DNA of 64,000 nt from an uncultured virus (IMG/VR IMGVR_UViG_3300028805_000102) (IMGVR_UViG_3300028805_000102), one strand, 5' to 3'; numbered from the stretch's first letter, positions 49,401-60,691 are shown. Notes: generated by a model not told the origin, from the sequence alone. Program-made: numbers and translations.

Positions 49401-52400
49401 ATGGACAACTATAATTCAAATATTTTTGTAGATAATACAAAATGTGGTAATATTGATACAGGATATATAGGTAATCAATATAGAAATTATTCTAATAACC
49501 AAACTCTTACAGTTAGATCAGCAGAAGCAACTAGTGATGGTAAGGCAAACTATATAAAAATTAATTTAAGTCTATATACACATATTCTTTTTACCTATTA
49601 TAAACACAGACTTATTCCAGGTCATTTAACATTTAAACATGATTCTGCTAAAATTTCTGAAAATGAGCCTATACAAAAATTTACTTTTAATGAACTATAC
49701 GGAAATGAAACATATTGTCCATCTGTAAATTTTCAACCGAGTTATACATCAGGACTTCATGAATTTGGTTATGATTCATCTAGAACTTATACGTATGTAA
49801 ATGTAAATAGAGGTCCTTATTATCATAATAATCATTATGGATATTATGCTCCATTTCTTACATTATTTCATAATTCATTCTTTGATGAACAATTAATACA
49901 ATCAGAAGATGAAGAAATACCTGTTATTGATACAAGTATTTCTCAAATCAGGACATTTTCACAAAATAGAAATGATGTAGAAAATAAAAATAATAATTCA
50001 TATCAAAAAAATGAAATATTTTTATATACTCCACAGGATTTAAAAGATAAACATAACTATACAAATATTACAAGATATCCTAGGAAAGATATTCTTGTCA
50101 ATGGTACATATAAATCATTTTCATTTAATTTAAAAAAATTTACAGAAAATACAATATGGTATGATAATAATCTTTTTATAGAAAATACAAAATGTGATTA
50201 TAATTCTGAGCGTGACATTTTAGAATATGATGTAACAGATGACATATCATATCTAAACTTATATTCTATATACACACCACACCAATTTATGTGGACGTCT
50301 AATAATGCAATGCTCATTGAATCTTCACAATTCTTAAATTTTGCATTTAATGACTATGGACAAATATGGTTGCATGATAAGGGTGTAAATGGCCACTCAA
50401 AACAATTTGCGGATAATATCTATATAAAAGGCTACAGTAAAAGAGATTATTTATGGAGAGAAAGCAGATGGAGTAAAAGCTTCTATAGAACTAAAATATT
50501 CGATTATTCAAATGGAAATATTGCTTTGAAAGGAACATCTGACAGAGATGATAAATATAATCCATTATGTGTACTTGGATTAAATTTATCAAGAAAGGAA
50601 TATTATAATAATTCGGGAGATACTGAAGCAGATAGAAGGAACAGATTTCTAGAATTACTTAAAGATGCATTCAGTAATTCAGCTATTCATGCAAAATATA
50701 ATTATTCTGATCCATATGGTTGCTTAAATAATTATAGGTTTGCCAAATTATTTTGTAATGAACAAGATGACCCTAGAAAAGATTTAGATAAGATAACTTT
50801 TTCATTTACACCGCATAATACTTTATATATAGACCCATTTATAAGTAAAAGATATTGTGAATCAAATTTCTGGACAGGCCGCTTGTCCGTACTCGGTAAA
50901 AAGGGATATAACCAATATCATAAAAAGACTTATCAAGCACTTAATATATCATCAAAAATCCGTGATAACGAATATCAACCAAATAAATTACTGTATGTTG
51001 TAGGACAACGGTCATATGTCAATAATGTTATAAGAGGATATTATTATAATGAAAAATTTTGGTACGACCAGGAACATACTCAAGAAATTACAGGAGATAG
51101 AAGTAACATATATGTTGATATTGCAAGTCATTTATCTTACCTGTATCTTGGAAAATTTATTTTAGATGATGGTTATTTTGATAATATCAATGTATACACA
51201 CATCAAGATAATTTTGTAGAAGGTGGATATTTAAATCCTGTAGTTGCAGGTGAAGAACTTTTATGTATTAATAATTATAATATTGGATATGATCAAACTG
51301 GAAGTAAAGATCATTATAAAAACCTATTCGAAAATAAAATACAAATAGATAGTATTATGACAGAAGATGAAGTAACAGGTATTGATGATATTCATCTTAG
51401 TTTAATTCCATCAAAAGAATTAAATAACATTGATGAATTTAGACCTTATTACAGAATTCTTGTCAATGAATATACAAATCCTGATGACCATGGTTTGATT
51501 ACTCAAGAATTATATGACTTATTATACAATAGTAATATCTATGATCAAAAATGTTATGGAACAAATACATATAAGTATAGATTTACTGATTTTATACCTG
51601 ATGATATTAAAAAAGACTTTGACATAAAAAGTAATAGAGATACATGGCTAAGACGAATTCTATCCCAAAATAATTTATATGATAAGTTCAATATAGCTGA
51701 AGATTTTATAAAAAGAGATATTCAGGCATTAAACATTTTTTATGACAGGTCATTTAGCCTATTCAGTAAATTCTTAAAAAAAGACGGAACCGTTGACATG
51801 AACAAGGTTATTTCTGATAAAGCCATTAGTACATTAATATCTTTTGATAAAGATACAAATTCAATTGTTTTTGATAAAAATCTTTCTGTAAAAGGATTTA
51901 ATGAAACAACTAAAAAACCTGAAACTTATTTAAAAACTCCTGATGATTTTAAAACGCTTGATGAATGGACTAACTATCATACCAAATATTTTCATTTATT
52001 TTTTGCTTCAAATAACCATACAACTGATAGTTCCATTGACACAGTTTCAAAAACTTATACTCAAACCTCAGTTTTAGATATTCAAAATGTAAATGCAAAT
52101 AGAGATATTAAAAAATATGACGGTGATACATTACTTGTAACAACTAATTTATGGCAAGAAGAACCACATTCATTTCAATCAATGTACTTCTTTCCAGCAA
52201 GACTTGATTTTTCATTATACATTAAAACTTCCAAGCCAGTAGCATCTCTTGAAGATGATACTCCAAAATATCCATTCTATTTCACTAAATTAATATATAG
52301 TGATACTTCTGATAACTGGAAAGAGAATGGTTATGGTGGATTCGATATTAAAAAACCAGCTTCAAAGTGCGACTATGATGTATATGATTTACGTTATAAA

Positions 52401-52688
52401 GTACAAGTTAAAACAGATAATGGATATGAAACAATTGCTGAATACAGCATTTCACCTTATAAAGAACATACACAACTTAATGGTGATCAATATATGTCAA
52501 TAGTAGAATATGATAATAAAATTAAAATTACACCTAAACCTTTATTTGTATCGAAATATTGTAAAAATGTTCCTATTGAAAATAAATCAGAATTCATTAG
52601 GATATTGTTAGTAACAGGGTTTATAGCAACATCTGGTTGTAAAACTGAAATCTCTTCTAAGGTTGTTGATAATATCTCTTCTATATAA
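49401..52688 (+). CDS. large Asn/Tyr-rich protein, possibly structural
   Basis: 1095-aa ORF right after the baseplate gene; no recognisable motif. Confidence 0.6.
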   Translation: MDNYNSNIFVDNTKCGNIDTGYIGNQYRNYSNNQTLTVRSAEATSDGKANYIKINLSLYTHILFTYYKHRLIPGHLTFKHDSAKISENEPIQKFTFNELYGNETYCPSVNFQPSYTSGLHEFGYDSSRTYTYVNVNRGPYYHNNHYGYYAPFLTLFHNSFFDEQLIQSEDEEIPVIDTSISQIRTFSQNRNDVENKNNNSYQKNEIFLYTPQDLKDKHNYTNITRYPRKDILVNGTYKSFSFNLKKFTENTIWYDNNLFIENTKCDYNSERDILEYDVTDDISYLNLYSIYTPHQFMWTSNNAMLIESSQFLNFAFNDYGQIWLHDKGVNGHSKQFADNIYIKGYSKRDYLWRESRWSKSFYRTKIFDYSNGNIALKGTSDRDDKYNPLCVLGLNLSRKEYYNNSGDTEADRRNRFLELLKDAFSNSAIHAKYNYSDPYGCLNNYRFAKLFCNEQDDPRKDLDKITFSFTPHNTLYIDPFISKRYCESNFWTGRLSVLGKKGYNQYHKKTYQALNISSKIRDNEYQPNKLLYVVGQRSYVNNVIRGYYYNEKFWYDQEHTQEITGDRSNIYVDIASHLSYLYLGKFILDDGYFDNINVYTHQDNFVEGGYLNPVVAGEELLCINNYNIGYDQTGSKDHYKNLFENKIQIDSIMTEDEVTGIDDIHLSLIPSKELNNIDEFRPYYRILVNEYTNPDDHGLITQELYDLLYNSNIYDQKCYGTNTYKYRFTDFIPDDIKKDFDIKSNRDTWLRRILSQNNLYDKFNIAEDFIKRDIQALNIFYDRSFSLFSKFLKKDGTVDMNKVISDKAISTLISFDKDTNSIVFDKNLSVKGFNETTKKPETYLKTPDDFKTLDEWTNYHTKYFHLFFASNNHTTDSSIDTVSKTYTQTSVLDIQNVNANRDIKKYDGDTLLVTTNLWQEEPHSFQSMYFFPARLDFSLYIKTSKPVASLEDDTPKYPFYFTKLIYSDTSDNWKENGYGGFDIKKPASKCDYDVYDLRYKVQVKTDNGYETIAEYSISPYKEHTQLNGDQYMSIVEYDNKIKITPKPLFVSKYCKNVPIENKSEFIRILLVTGFIATSGCKTEISSKVVDNISSI

Positions 52689-52745
52689 CTATCTATTTAA
52701 GATTTTATTGTTTATTATTTTATTATAATTTAAAAGTTTAATGAT

Positions 52746-53606
52746 ATGAATAAATTTATTGAATTAAAGTCAGTAAATGTAAAGAACCTGACTAAACTGT
52801 TTCAAAATTCCTCAATTTTTAAAAAGAATCAATTATCATTTTACATTGATTCAACCCAAGAAAATGACATTTACAAGTCATTTGCTGTAAATGATTCAAA
52901 AACAATGATTAAGTACATTGAATCAGACCTTAAAGAATATTGTGAATCAATTGAGAAAAACTTTGAAGGACGTTCAACATCTATTTTTTCTTCATCAGAA
53001 AAGATAATGAACATCCTGAAAAATCTTGGTACAGCAACTTGTGACATCAAGATTATATTTGCTGAATCAGAAAAGTATGGTAACCTTTCAAAGATGATTA
53101 AAATTTCTAATCAGTATTTTGAAGTTAACCTGCCTGCAATGTCTGAAATTGTTTGTGATACAGTATCTGATAATTTATATTACGATGATAAATTAAGAGA
53201 CAGATTCAGTTCAGCAAAAATTGCATATTCATTCAAAATCAGCGACATCAAACAAATTCTGTCTTGTATGTCAATTGATGACGCAAATACTAAATTCTAT
53301 ATGTACAATAATGAAGGTACAGCATATTTTTCAGAATTACCTTCAGATTCAGAAGCAGTTGTTACAAATGTAGATGAGCTTACAGCTCTTGACAATATCT
53401 ACAAATATACACTTTCACCTGTTGAAAATCAATCATTAGACAAGATCTTCAATGCAGTAAGTAAGGATTTATTCAAAAACGTAAATTCAAACATAACATA
53501 CTCTGCGGATGTTATAGAAATTAATAAATCCGTTTACTCGCTTCGTCTAATCTCTGATCCGGACATTTGTTCTGAAATGTATATTGTATCAACTCTAAAA
53601 CTATAG
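52746..53606 (+). CDS. probable sliding clamp (gp45/PCNA-like)
   Basis: 286 aa, directly upstream of PolB, with a clamp loader nearby; inferred from size and context. Confidence 0.4.
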   Translation: MNKFIELKSVNVKNLTKLFQNSSIFKKNQLSFYIDSTQENDIYKSFAVNDSKTMIKYIESDLKEYCESIEKNFEGRSTSIFSSSEKIMNILKNLGTATCDIKIIFAESEKYGNLSKMIKISNQYFEVNLPAMSEIVCDTVSDNLYYDDKLRDRFSSAKIAYSFKISDIKQILSCMSIDDANTKFYMYNNEGTAYFSELPSDSEAVVTNVDELTALDNIYKYTLSPVENQSLDKIFNAVSKDLFKNVNSNITYSADVIEINKSVYSLRLISDPDICSEMYIVSTLKL

Positions 53607-53612
53607 TATTAT

Positions 53613-56477
53613 ATGCTCGTTGACATTGTTTATAATGAGACTCCAAATAATCATTATTTGGAGGTCTCATATTGGAATAATAAAGGTTTTGTTGAAAAAA
53701 TTCAAAAAAGAATTTCAGATGATGATATTTTTGATTGGGTTATTTCAGAAAAACCTACTAAAAAATTTAACTACTTAAACAAGTATGTAAAGCCAAAATA
53801 TAAAAAGTATCTACGAGACCTTTCAAAATATAGAGTACAAGAACTTATTGAACAATATTTTGATAAAGAGCTTGACCTAATTTATTCAAGTCAGCAGCCA
53901 CAATTCACATTTTTTGATATTGAAATAGAAGTACCTGATAATTCAATTTCATTGGATGACATTATTGCTCAGGCTGACAATGCAATAACACTTATTTCAT
54001 TTGTTACAAATAAAAAATTGTTTGTACTTGGATGGAAGAAAATGCCTGACGAAGACATAGAATTTGTAAAAGAATCCATTGACAAACATCTTGAACTTTC
54101 TAAAATTCAGGATAGATATGAATTCAAATACAAATGCTTTGATTCTGAAGAAGATATGCTTACATTCTTTGTGAACAAAGTTGTAAAACGTACAGGTATT
54201 TTTTGTGGATGGAATTCAGAAGGATTTGACTGGCCTTACATATGCTATAGATGTCGAAAACTTGGAATTACAGATATAGCAAAAGCATACTTTCCAAAAT
54301 CAAGAACTTCTGAACGTCCAAAGGGTGTAAGACTTGATCACGTAATTCATTTCGATTATCTTACTGCTTTCCAAACTTGGTCTAAGTATTTGACTGATAA
54401 TATGAAACTTGATACAGTCGGTGAAGTTGTCGCAGGTGTGAGAAAAATCCAACATGAAGAAGATTTGCAGACAATGTACCTTGAACATTATAAAGAGTAC
54501 GTTCTCTATAATGCTATAGATAGTGTAGTTGTACAGCAAATTCATAATGTGACAAAGGCTTTAAGTTCCGGACTTTTGACAACATCGCTTACTCACTCAC
54601 GAGCATCCGATTGTGCTCATCGTTCAACACTTGTCGCAGACATTCTTAGAAAGGGATATTCTGAAGAAGGAAAGGTATTGAATGCTGATTATGTAAGTCC
54701 TAAAAAAGATAGGTCATATAGTGGAGCATTTTTCAAAAAACCTGTTGTTGGGAAACATTTTGACAATATGGCCTGTGACTTTGCCTCTCTGTACCCTTCA
54801 ATTATGCGTGAATTCAATATTTCACCAGAAACACATTTAAGACAAGAAGCTCCAGGTTCATTCAAGGAAATTATACCTGGCGAAATACGTTGTGCCTCAG
54901 GTGCAGTATATTCTAAAAAAGAAGGTGTATTGCCTCGTATTCTTACAAAGCTTTACAATGACCGTAAGTCATTTAAAAAGATTATGATGAAGTATAAACA
55001 AGAATATGAGGACGGACGAGAACTTATGTTATCAAATGCGTCTTTATCTGAACTCTTGGATTATTATAACAGTCATAACGAGAATAAGAAGGAGTCTATA
55101 ACAAAAGATGAATTTGAAGATTATTTAACAAGGACATACAGACTTCAGAAATCAAATAATGAGCTTCAAAATGCAGCCAAAACAATTATTAACGCTTCAT
55201 ATGGTGCTTTTGGATTCGAGACTTTCAGATTTTTCAATCTTGATATTGCTGAATCAATTACTACACAAGGTAAGGACGCAATTCTATGGACTGAGAAAAA
55301 TTTGAATGAGTTGTTTAAGAAACATTGGCTTGAACAAACTGACGCTCATAGAAAAATGAACATTGTTGCAAGACATAATGTTATGAATGATTCTTCAGTA
55401 TATATCGCAACCGATAGTATCTATGCCTCAGTACGTGAAGTAATAGAATCAACTGACTGGAATGAACATAAAGTTTGGCGAATTATAACAGATGATAAGA
55501 AACATTATTTCTGTTCAGCAAATAATTTGGACACTGAAGAACAGGCTCTTGAATTTTTCAAAAATGTCCGTAATGTGGATATTAATAATGCAAAAATAGA
55601 CCTGATAGATCCTGACGGATGCTCATTCGCTATGACGCTTTATGACGTTCTTTTGAAGCAGTTCTATGCAAACTTATTCGAAGACTATGCTAAGCGATAC
55701 AATGGTAACGGTAATATTTTGAATTTCGAATTTGAATCATATTCAAAAACTGGTATTTGGCTTGCAAAGAACAGATATGTTCAAGATATTCGTTGGTCTG
55801 ATCCAAATATTTACTACAAGCCATTTACTAAAATCAAAGCAACTGGCCTTGAAGATATTAAGTCAACTTATACGAAATTCCTAAGAAAAATGATTGCTGA
55901 TACTGAATTGTTTTTATTACAGAATGAAAAACTTTCAGAAGAAGAGGTTGCTGAATTCCTTAGAAAAATGAAAAATATCTTTATGACTGCAAAGATTGCA
56001 GATATTTGTTCACTTCAGACAATCCATACATATAAAAGATATTGCATACAGGACTTCGGTAAAGCCATCATTCGTTCAAAAGCCCCTATGACAGTAAAAG
56101 GTGCCGTTCTATGGAATTATATTGTCAATAGCAATCCAAAGCTAAAGAAAAAATATAATTTGATAGGTGACGGTTCAAAAGTACGATTGGCTCTTGTAAC
56201 ATCTCCAATTATCAACTTCACAGTTATTAAAAATACTGAAGATACTGATGATGGTATAATGGATGATGATTTTACAGGAGACAATATGGAATCACAAGTC
56301 ATTGCATTTAGCCAAGATGATGAAGTCAATGATAGACTGATTTCAGATATGAAAATAAAAATAGATAAGGTACAAATGTTTGAAAAACTATACCTGCAAC
56401 CTGTAAACAGGCTTTTGGAGGCTTGTAAAATTAGAACATTTGATGCTTCGCTTTCTTACTCAATTTCATTATTCTAA
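53613..56477 (+). CDS. family B DNA polymerase (T4 gp43-like)
   Basis: Exo FDIE, GWNSEGFD, YNAID; pol DFASLYPS, KTIINASYG, YIATDS. Confidence 0.95.
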   Translation: MLVDIVYNETPNNHYLEVSYWNNKGFVEKIQKRISDDDIFDWVISEKPTKKFNYLNKYVKPKYKKYLRDLSKYRVQELIEQYFDKELDLIYSSQQPQFTFFDIEIEVPDNSISLDDIIAQADNAITLISFVTNKKLFVLGWKKMPDEDIEFVKESIDKHLELSKIQDRYEFKYKCFDSEEDMLTFFVNKVVKRTGIFCGWNSEGFDWPYICYRCRKLGITDIAKAYFPKSRTSERPKGVRLDHVIHFDYLTAFQTWSKYLTDNMKLDTVGEVVAGVRKIQHEEDLQTMYLEHYKEYVLYNAIDSVVVQQIHNVTKALSSGLLTTSLTHSRASDCAHRSTLVADILRKGYSEEGKVLNADYVSPKKDRSYSGAFFKKPVVGKHFDNMACDFASLYPSIMREFNISPETHLRQEAPGSFKEIIPGEIRCASGAVYSKKEGVLPRILTKLYNDRKSFKKIMMKYKQEYEDGRELMLSNASLSELLDYYNSHNENKKESITKDEFEDYLTRTYRLQKSNNELQNAAKTIINASYGAFGFETFRFFNLDIAESITTQGKDAILWTEKNLNELFKKHWLEQTDAHRKMNIVARHNVMNDSSVYIATDSIYASVREVIESTDWNEHKVWRIITDDKKHYFCSANNLDTEEQALEFFKNVRNVDINNAKIDLIDPDGCSFAMTLYDVLLKQFYANLFEDYAKRYNGNGNILNFEFESYSKTGIWLAKNRYVQDIRWSDPNIYYKPFTKIKATGLEDIKSTYTKFLRKMIADTELFLLQNEKLSEEEVAEFLRKMKNIFMTAKIADICSLQTIHTYKRYCIQDFGKAIIRSKAPMTVKGAVLWNYIVNSNPKLKKKYNLIGDGSKVRLALVTSPIINFTVIKNTEDTDDGIMDDDFTGDNMESQVIAFSQDDEVNDRLISDMKIKIDKVQMFEKLYLQPVNRLLEACKIRTFDASLSYSISLF

Positions 56478-56479
56478 TC

Positions 56480-57280
56480 ATGAGAGCAGTTTGTTTTTGG
56501 TATATAAATGATAGGGTTACTGATGAGTTTTTTGAAATGGAAAACCTTCATTTTGAAAAAATTAAACAGTATAACATCAAGCAATATTTTGATAAAATAG
56601 ATGTACACATATCTATTAATCCTAAATTTCATTATGCCGAACATACTGAATTCTTTGATAAGGCTGTAAGAAAACTGCAATCTTGTCTTGGAAAAAATAT
56701 TAATATAGTGGCATCCGAAAACTCTCCAAAATATGGGGAGTTTTTATGCTACTATGATATGGTATTTAAAACTCTGAAAGATGAAATTGAACCTATATTT
56801 TATTTTCATTTCAAAGGAGTTAAAAAGTTTGACCCTGTTTTTATACAATCAAGGACAAAATGGATTAATGTCCTCTATGACAAATGTTTTTCAGAAAATA
56901 TTCTTAACCATATAGGTGAATACTCTATGTCAGGTGCTCATTTTGAACCATGTTCTAGAAGCTGGTTTGAAAAATGGCTTTGGCTTGGAACATTTGAAAA
57001 ATATAAAAAATCATATCCATTCTTAAAAAATCTTCAATCTACAAATTGCGGTTATCTCGACGGATCATTTCAATGGATAAATCCGATAAAGCTCAAAGAA
57101 TATCTTTTTGAAAAGGGTGTTTCAATAGATGATTTGTTTTCAATTGAATTTTCAGACAATGCAAGAATAAGATACACTCATTTTTCAGAATATTTTCTAT
57201 GTAGTATTTTAGATAAATCTGAAATCAATGCTGAAGAATTTGTAAGAACCTACTTACAAAATAAATTACTCAATAAATGA
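56480..57280 (+). CDS. hypothetical protein, possibly glycosyltransferase-like
   Basis: IFYFHFKG and G.F.W motifs; weak. Confidence 0.4.
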   Translation: MRAVCFWYINDRVTDEFFEMENLHFEKIKQYNIKQYFDKIDVHISINPKFHYAEHTEFFDKAVRKLQSCLGKNINIVASENSPKYGEFLCYYDMVFKTLKDEIEPIFYFHFKGVKKFDPVFIQSRTKWINVLYDKCFSENILNHIGEYSMSGAHFEPCSRSWFEKWLWLGTFEKYKKSYPFLKNLQSTNCGYLDGSFQWINPIKLKEYLFEKGVSIDDLFSIEFSDNARIRYTHFSEYFLCSILDKSEINAEEFVRTYLQNKLLNK

Positions 57281-58026
57281 ACGGAATAAATCTATATAAT
57301 ACCGACTGTTTCAACATTTTATCACAGCTTGAAAATAACAATACAAAACTTGACTGTATAATTTGTGATTTACCATATTATAATGTAGTCGAAAGTGAAT
57401 TTGACAATCAATGGAAATCAAATGATGAATATATAGAATGGCTTTGTACATTCGTTGAAAAATGTTATTCTGTACTTAAAGAAGGTGGGAATATAATATT
57501 ATTTTGTTCAAGACAAAATATGTGGAGAATTTCAGCTATGATGTATAATTCAGGCTTTACTGAAAACAGAACAATAATTTGGGCACGTAAAAGAGGTTTT
57601 AACAGTACAAGAGGTAAGTCATTAACAAGCGGATATGAACCAATTTTATTTTGGTCAAAGGGTAAATCATTGACATTCAATCAGATAAAATTAAAAATAA
57701 ATTCAAAAAGAAAAGAATATACAAAGGGTTTTCTAAAAGACGGTGTAAATCTTACTGATGTTTGGACAGATATTCCTGCACTACCTCATAATTCAAAGGA
57801 AAAAACAAATCATCCGACTCAGAAACCTTTGAAACTGATGGAACGAATAGTAAGCCTTTTTACAAACAAAGATGATTTAGTGGCTGACTTCTTTATGGGA
57901 TCAGGTACGACAGGTGAAGCCTGCGTAAACTTGAAACGAAGATTTATAGGTGTTGAAATAAACAAAGAATTTTTTGAAACAGCTCAGGAAAGAATCCAGA
58001 AAAACTTGTTTGCATATGGTATCTAA
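57277..58026 (+). CDS. N4/N6 DNA methyltransferase (beta class), orphan
   Basis: ICDLPY, DVW, HPTQKP, DFFMGSGTT; no cognate endonuclease visible. Confidence 0.92.
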   Translation: MNGINLYNTDCFNILSQLENNNTKLDCIICDLPYYNVVESEFDNQWKSNDEYIEWLCTFVEKCYSVLKEGGNIILFCSRQNMWRISAMMYNSGFTENRTIIWARKRGFNSTRGKSLTSGYEPILFWSKGKSLTFNQIKLKINSKRKEYTKGFLKDGVNLTDVWTDIPALPHNSKEKTNHPTQKPLKLMERIVSLFTNKDDLVADFFMGSGTTGEACVNLKRRFIGVEINKEFFETAQERIQKNLFAYGI

Positions 58027-58075
58027 ATCAAAATTTTTATAATTTTTTATCTTATAGGTAAAAATAATTCAAAAT

Positions 58076-58120
58076 TTTGATCCAACTTTCAAAATGTCAT
58101 ATTATATTTACATCAACAAA
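58076..58120 (+). promoter_or_regulatory. class-1 promoter motif
   Basis: TTTGATCCAACTTTC...TATATTTACATCAACAAA. Confidence 0.75.
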
Positions 58121-58149
58121 TTAATATTAGCGTTTAAAATTAAATTATT

Positions 58150-58692
58150 ATGACACAAGAAGAAAAATTATTATTAATAGATTTGTCATCAAGAGTACAA
58201 TATAACGTGTTGGTTGAACAAACATGGTTTCCTACATACCTTGCAGGTAAAGTACAATGCTTAAAGTCAATACAAAATAATAATACAGTTACGCTATGCT
58301 GGCGTTTTGACAATGAATTTGTTCCTATACATGAAATTAAGCCATACTTGCGTTCAATGTCAAGTATGGCTAATGAAGAGGTGAAAGATTTAATAAAAGT
58401 AAAAATTTTATCTAAATATGGTAAAGTAGGTGATTATTTTGGTTTTAATAACATAAAGTCAATTAAGAATATTCACTTCAGTTCAAGATACAATGAGTGG
58501 TTTTGTGATGTTACGTTTAACACGATTGAGGATAAATTTACCACTTGTTTTTCAGTAGGCAGAGTTACTTGGGAAACCACAATTGCAGAAATTGATTGGC
58601 TCAACGCTCATCACTTTGATTATCGTGGACTTATTGAGAAAGGTCTTGCATTGGAAGCAAAAGAAAAAATGTATAAACAATTAAATAATTAA
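58150..58692 (+). CDS. paralog family A protein
   Basis: DLSSR...IKPYLRSMSSM...WLNAHHFDYRGLIEKGLALEA. Confidence 0.85.
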   Translation: MTQEEKLLLIDLSSRVQYNVLVEQTWFPTYLAGKVQCLKSIQNNNTVTLCWRFDNEFVPIHEIKPYLRSMSSMANEEVKDLIKVKILSKYGKVGDYFGFNNIKSIKNIHFSSRYNEWFCDVTFNTIEDKFTTCFSVGRVTWETTIAEIDWLNAHHFDYRGLIEKGLALEAKEKMYKQLNN

Positions 58693-58696
58693 AACT

Positions 58697-60691
58697 ATGA
58701 ATTACGAAAAGAAATATAAAGAAGCTCTTGAAAGAATGAAATCTTGGGTAAAAGGTGAGCATCCTGAATGCTTCTGTGAAGCTCAAAAGGCTGCCGAATT
58801 TGTTTTCCCTGAACTCAAAGAGAACGAGGACGAGAATATAAGAAAAGCCATCAAGTATGGTCTTGACCATGTGTTTACTAACAACACTACCATCTTTGAA
58901 GTCACAAAGGAACAGTGTCTTTCTTGGCTTGAAGGGCAAGATGATCAGAAACCTGTTTTGAATGAAGAGGATGAGAAGATGTTTAAATCAATTATTGAAT
59001 GTATAGATGGAACCGGTTTACTTGATTCAGACCAAATAACTTGGTTTAAATCTCTCAAAGACAGAGTTGGTTGTAAAGTGAATTACATGACTACAAAAGA
59101 ATGGAGTGAAGAAGATGAATATCAAATCAATACAATTCTTCACGGACTTGATTTAAAGAGAGCAATTTATAGAAAAGAAAAAAACAAAGTAGAAGAAGAT
59201 AGATACAATACACAATATAATTGGCTCAAATCCTTCAAAGACAGAGTTGGTTGTGAAGTGAATTGTACAACCACAAAAGAGTGGAGTGAAGATGATGAAT
59301 ATCAAATCAATACAATTCTTCACATACTTAATTTAAAGAAAGAAATTTATAAGAAGAGAGAAAATAAAGTAGAAGAAGATAGATACAATACACAATATAA
59401 TTGGCTCAAATCTATCAAAGACAAATACAAAGATGCTGTAGAATATGATAAGGCACGACTTGAAAAACAAGACGAGCAAAAAGAAACACTTTGTGATAAA
59501 TGCAGGAGAGAACAACCTTATCACTCTTGTCAAGACATTACAGAATTAGGAAGATGTGTATTAGAACATCAATGTGAACAGAAATCTAATAATGTTGAAT
59601 CGAAGTTCAAAGTAGGAGACTGGATTATACAGAATGGCGTAGGAACATACAAAATTGTAGAGGTTTGCGAGTCTTGGTATGAAGTAGTTGATGCTGAAGA
59701 CAATCAGTATTCAATCTCTTTTGATAAAGAGTATATGTGCCATCTTTGGACTATCCAAGACGCGAAGGATGGTGATGTGCTTACATTTGTCAAGAACGGA
59801 ACAATTTTTATATTCAAAAACGTTTTGGATAATATGCCATATTCTTATTGTGGAATAGATTACTTTGCAAGATTTAGAAATTGTATCGAAGAAGGCGGAA
59901 AAGAGGGAAGAAATTGGACATCGTCCTTACAAGGTATTTGTCCTGCAACCAAAAAACAACGTGACATACTATTCCAAAAGATGAAAGAAGCTGAGTATGA
60001 ATGGGATGCTGAAAATAAATTAATAAGAAGACTTTCTAAATTTCATGTAGGCGATAAGCTGATTAGTTCAAAGAACCCAAGACTTACTTATAATATTTTG
60101 GAAGTTGGACATATCAATGAACTCGGCAACACAGAATATAAAGTAGAAATCTTTACTGATGGAAAAGCACAAAATCCTTGTAACATTCTTTATATGGAAT
60201 GTTGTAAAGTAGATGAATGGGCTGAACTGATTAATCAAAAGTCCAATGATAAAGTTGAACCAAAGTTTAAGGCTGGTGATTTGGCTGTTGATAACTGTGG
60301 TTATATCTGGAAAATAGAAGGAATCTTAAACCAGTTTTATCTCTTAGAAGGTGTAGAAGGTGGTGAATCTCGCCCTCCAATAGAATTGGTTAACAAGAAC
60401 TTTCATCTTTGGACTATTCAAGATGCAAAAGATGGCGATGTACTTTCTTATGTAACAGATAAAGGAAATTTGTGGATATTGATTTATAAGTCTTTTTATG
60501 AACCTTATGAAGGACATGTTCATTATCACGCACTTCTTGCTAATGATGACTTTTCATGTGAAGGTACTTGTTGTATTTCTATTGACAACTTGAAACCATC
60601 ATCTATAGAACAACGTAAACTTTTATTCCAAAAAATTGAAGAGGTTGGTTATAAATGGGATTTAGAAAAGAAAGAACTAATAAATGAATAA
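58697..60691 (+). CDS. modular family B protein
   Basis: DENIRK, WSEEDE repeats, two KFKxGD...HLWTIQDAKDGDVL modules. Confidence 0.85.
   Translation: MNYEKKYKEALERMKSWVKGEHPECFCEAQKAAEFVFPELKENEDENIRKAIKYGLDHVFTNNTTIFEVTKEQCLSWLEGQDDQKPVLNEEDEKMFKSIIECIDGTGLLDSDQITWFKSLKDRVGCKVNYMTTKEWSEEDEYQINTILHGLDLKRAIYRKEKNKVEEDRYNTQYNWLKSFKDRVGCEVNCTTTKEWSEDDEYQINTILHILNLKKEIYKKRENKVEEDRYNTQYNWLKSIKDKYKDAVEYDKARLEKQDEQKETLCDKCRREQPYHSCQDITELGRCVLEHQCEQKSNNVESKFKVGDWIIQNGVGTYKIVEVCESWYEVVDAEDNQYSISFDKEYMCHLWTIQDAKDGDVLTFVKNGTIFIFKNVLDNMPYSYCGIDYFARFRNCIEEGGKEGRNWTSSLQGICPATKKQRDILFQKMKEAEYEWDAENKLIRRLSKFHVGDKLISSKNPRLTYNILEVGHINELGNTEYKVEIFTDGKAQNPCNILYMECCKVDEWAELINQKSNDKVEPKFKAGDLAVDNCGYIWKIEGILNQFYLLEGVEGGESRPPIELVNKNFHLWTIQDAKDGDVLSYVTDKGNLWILIYKSFYEPYEGHVHYHALLANDDFSCEGTCCISIDNLKPSSIEQRKLLFQKIEEVGYKWDLEKKELINE
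59041..59423 (+). repeat. 180-bp in-frame tandem duplication
   Basis: 59041-59220 and 59221-59400 are near-identical, plus a partial third copy. Confidence 0.9.
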
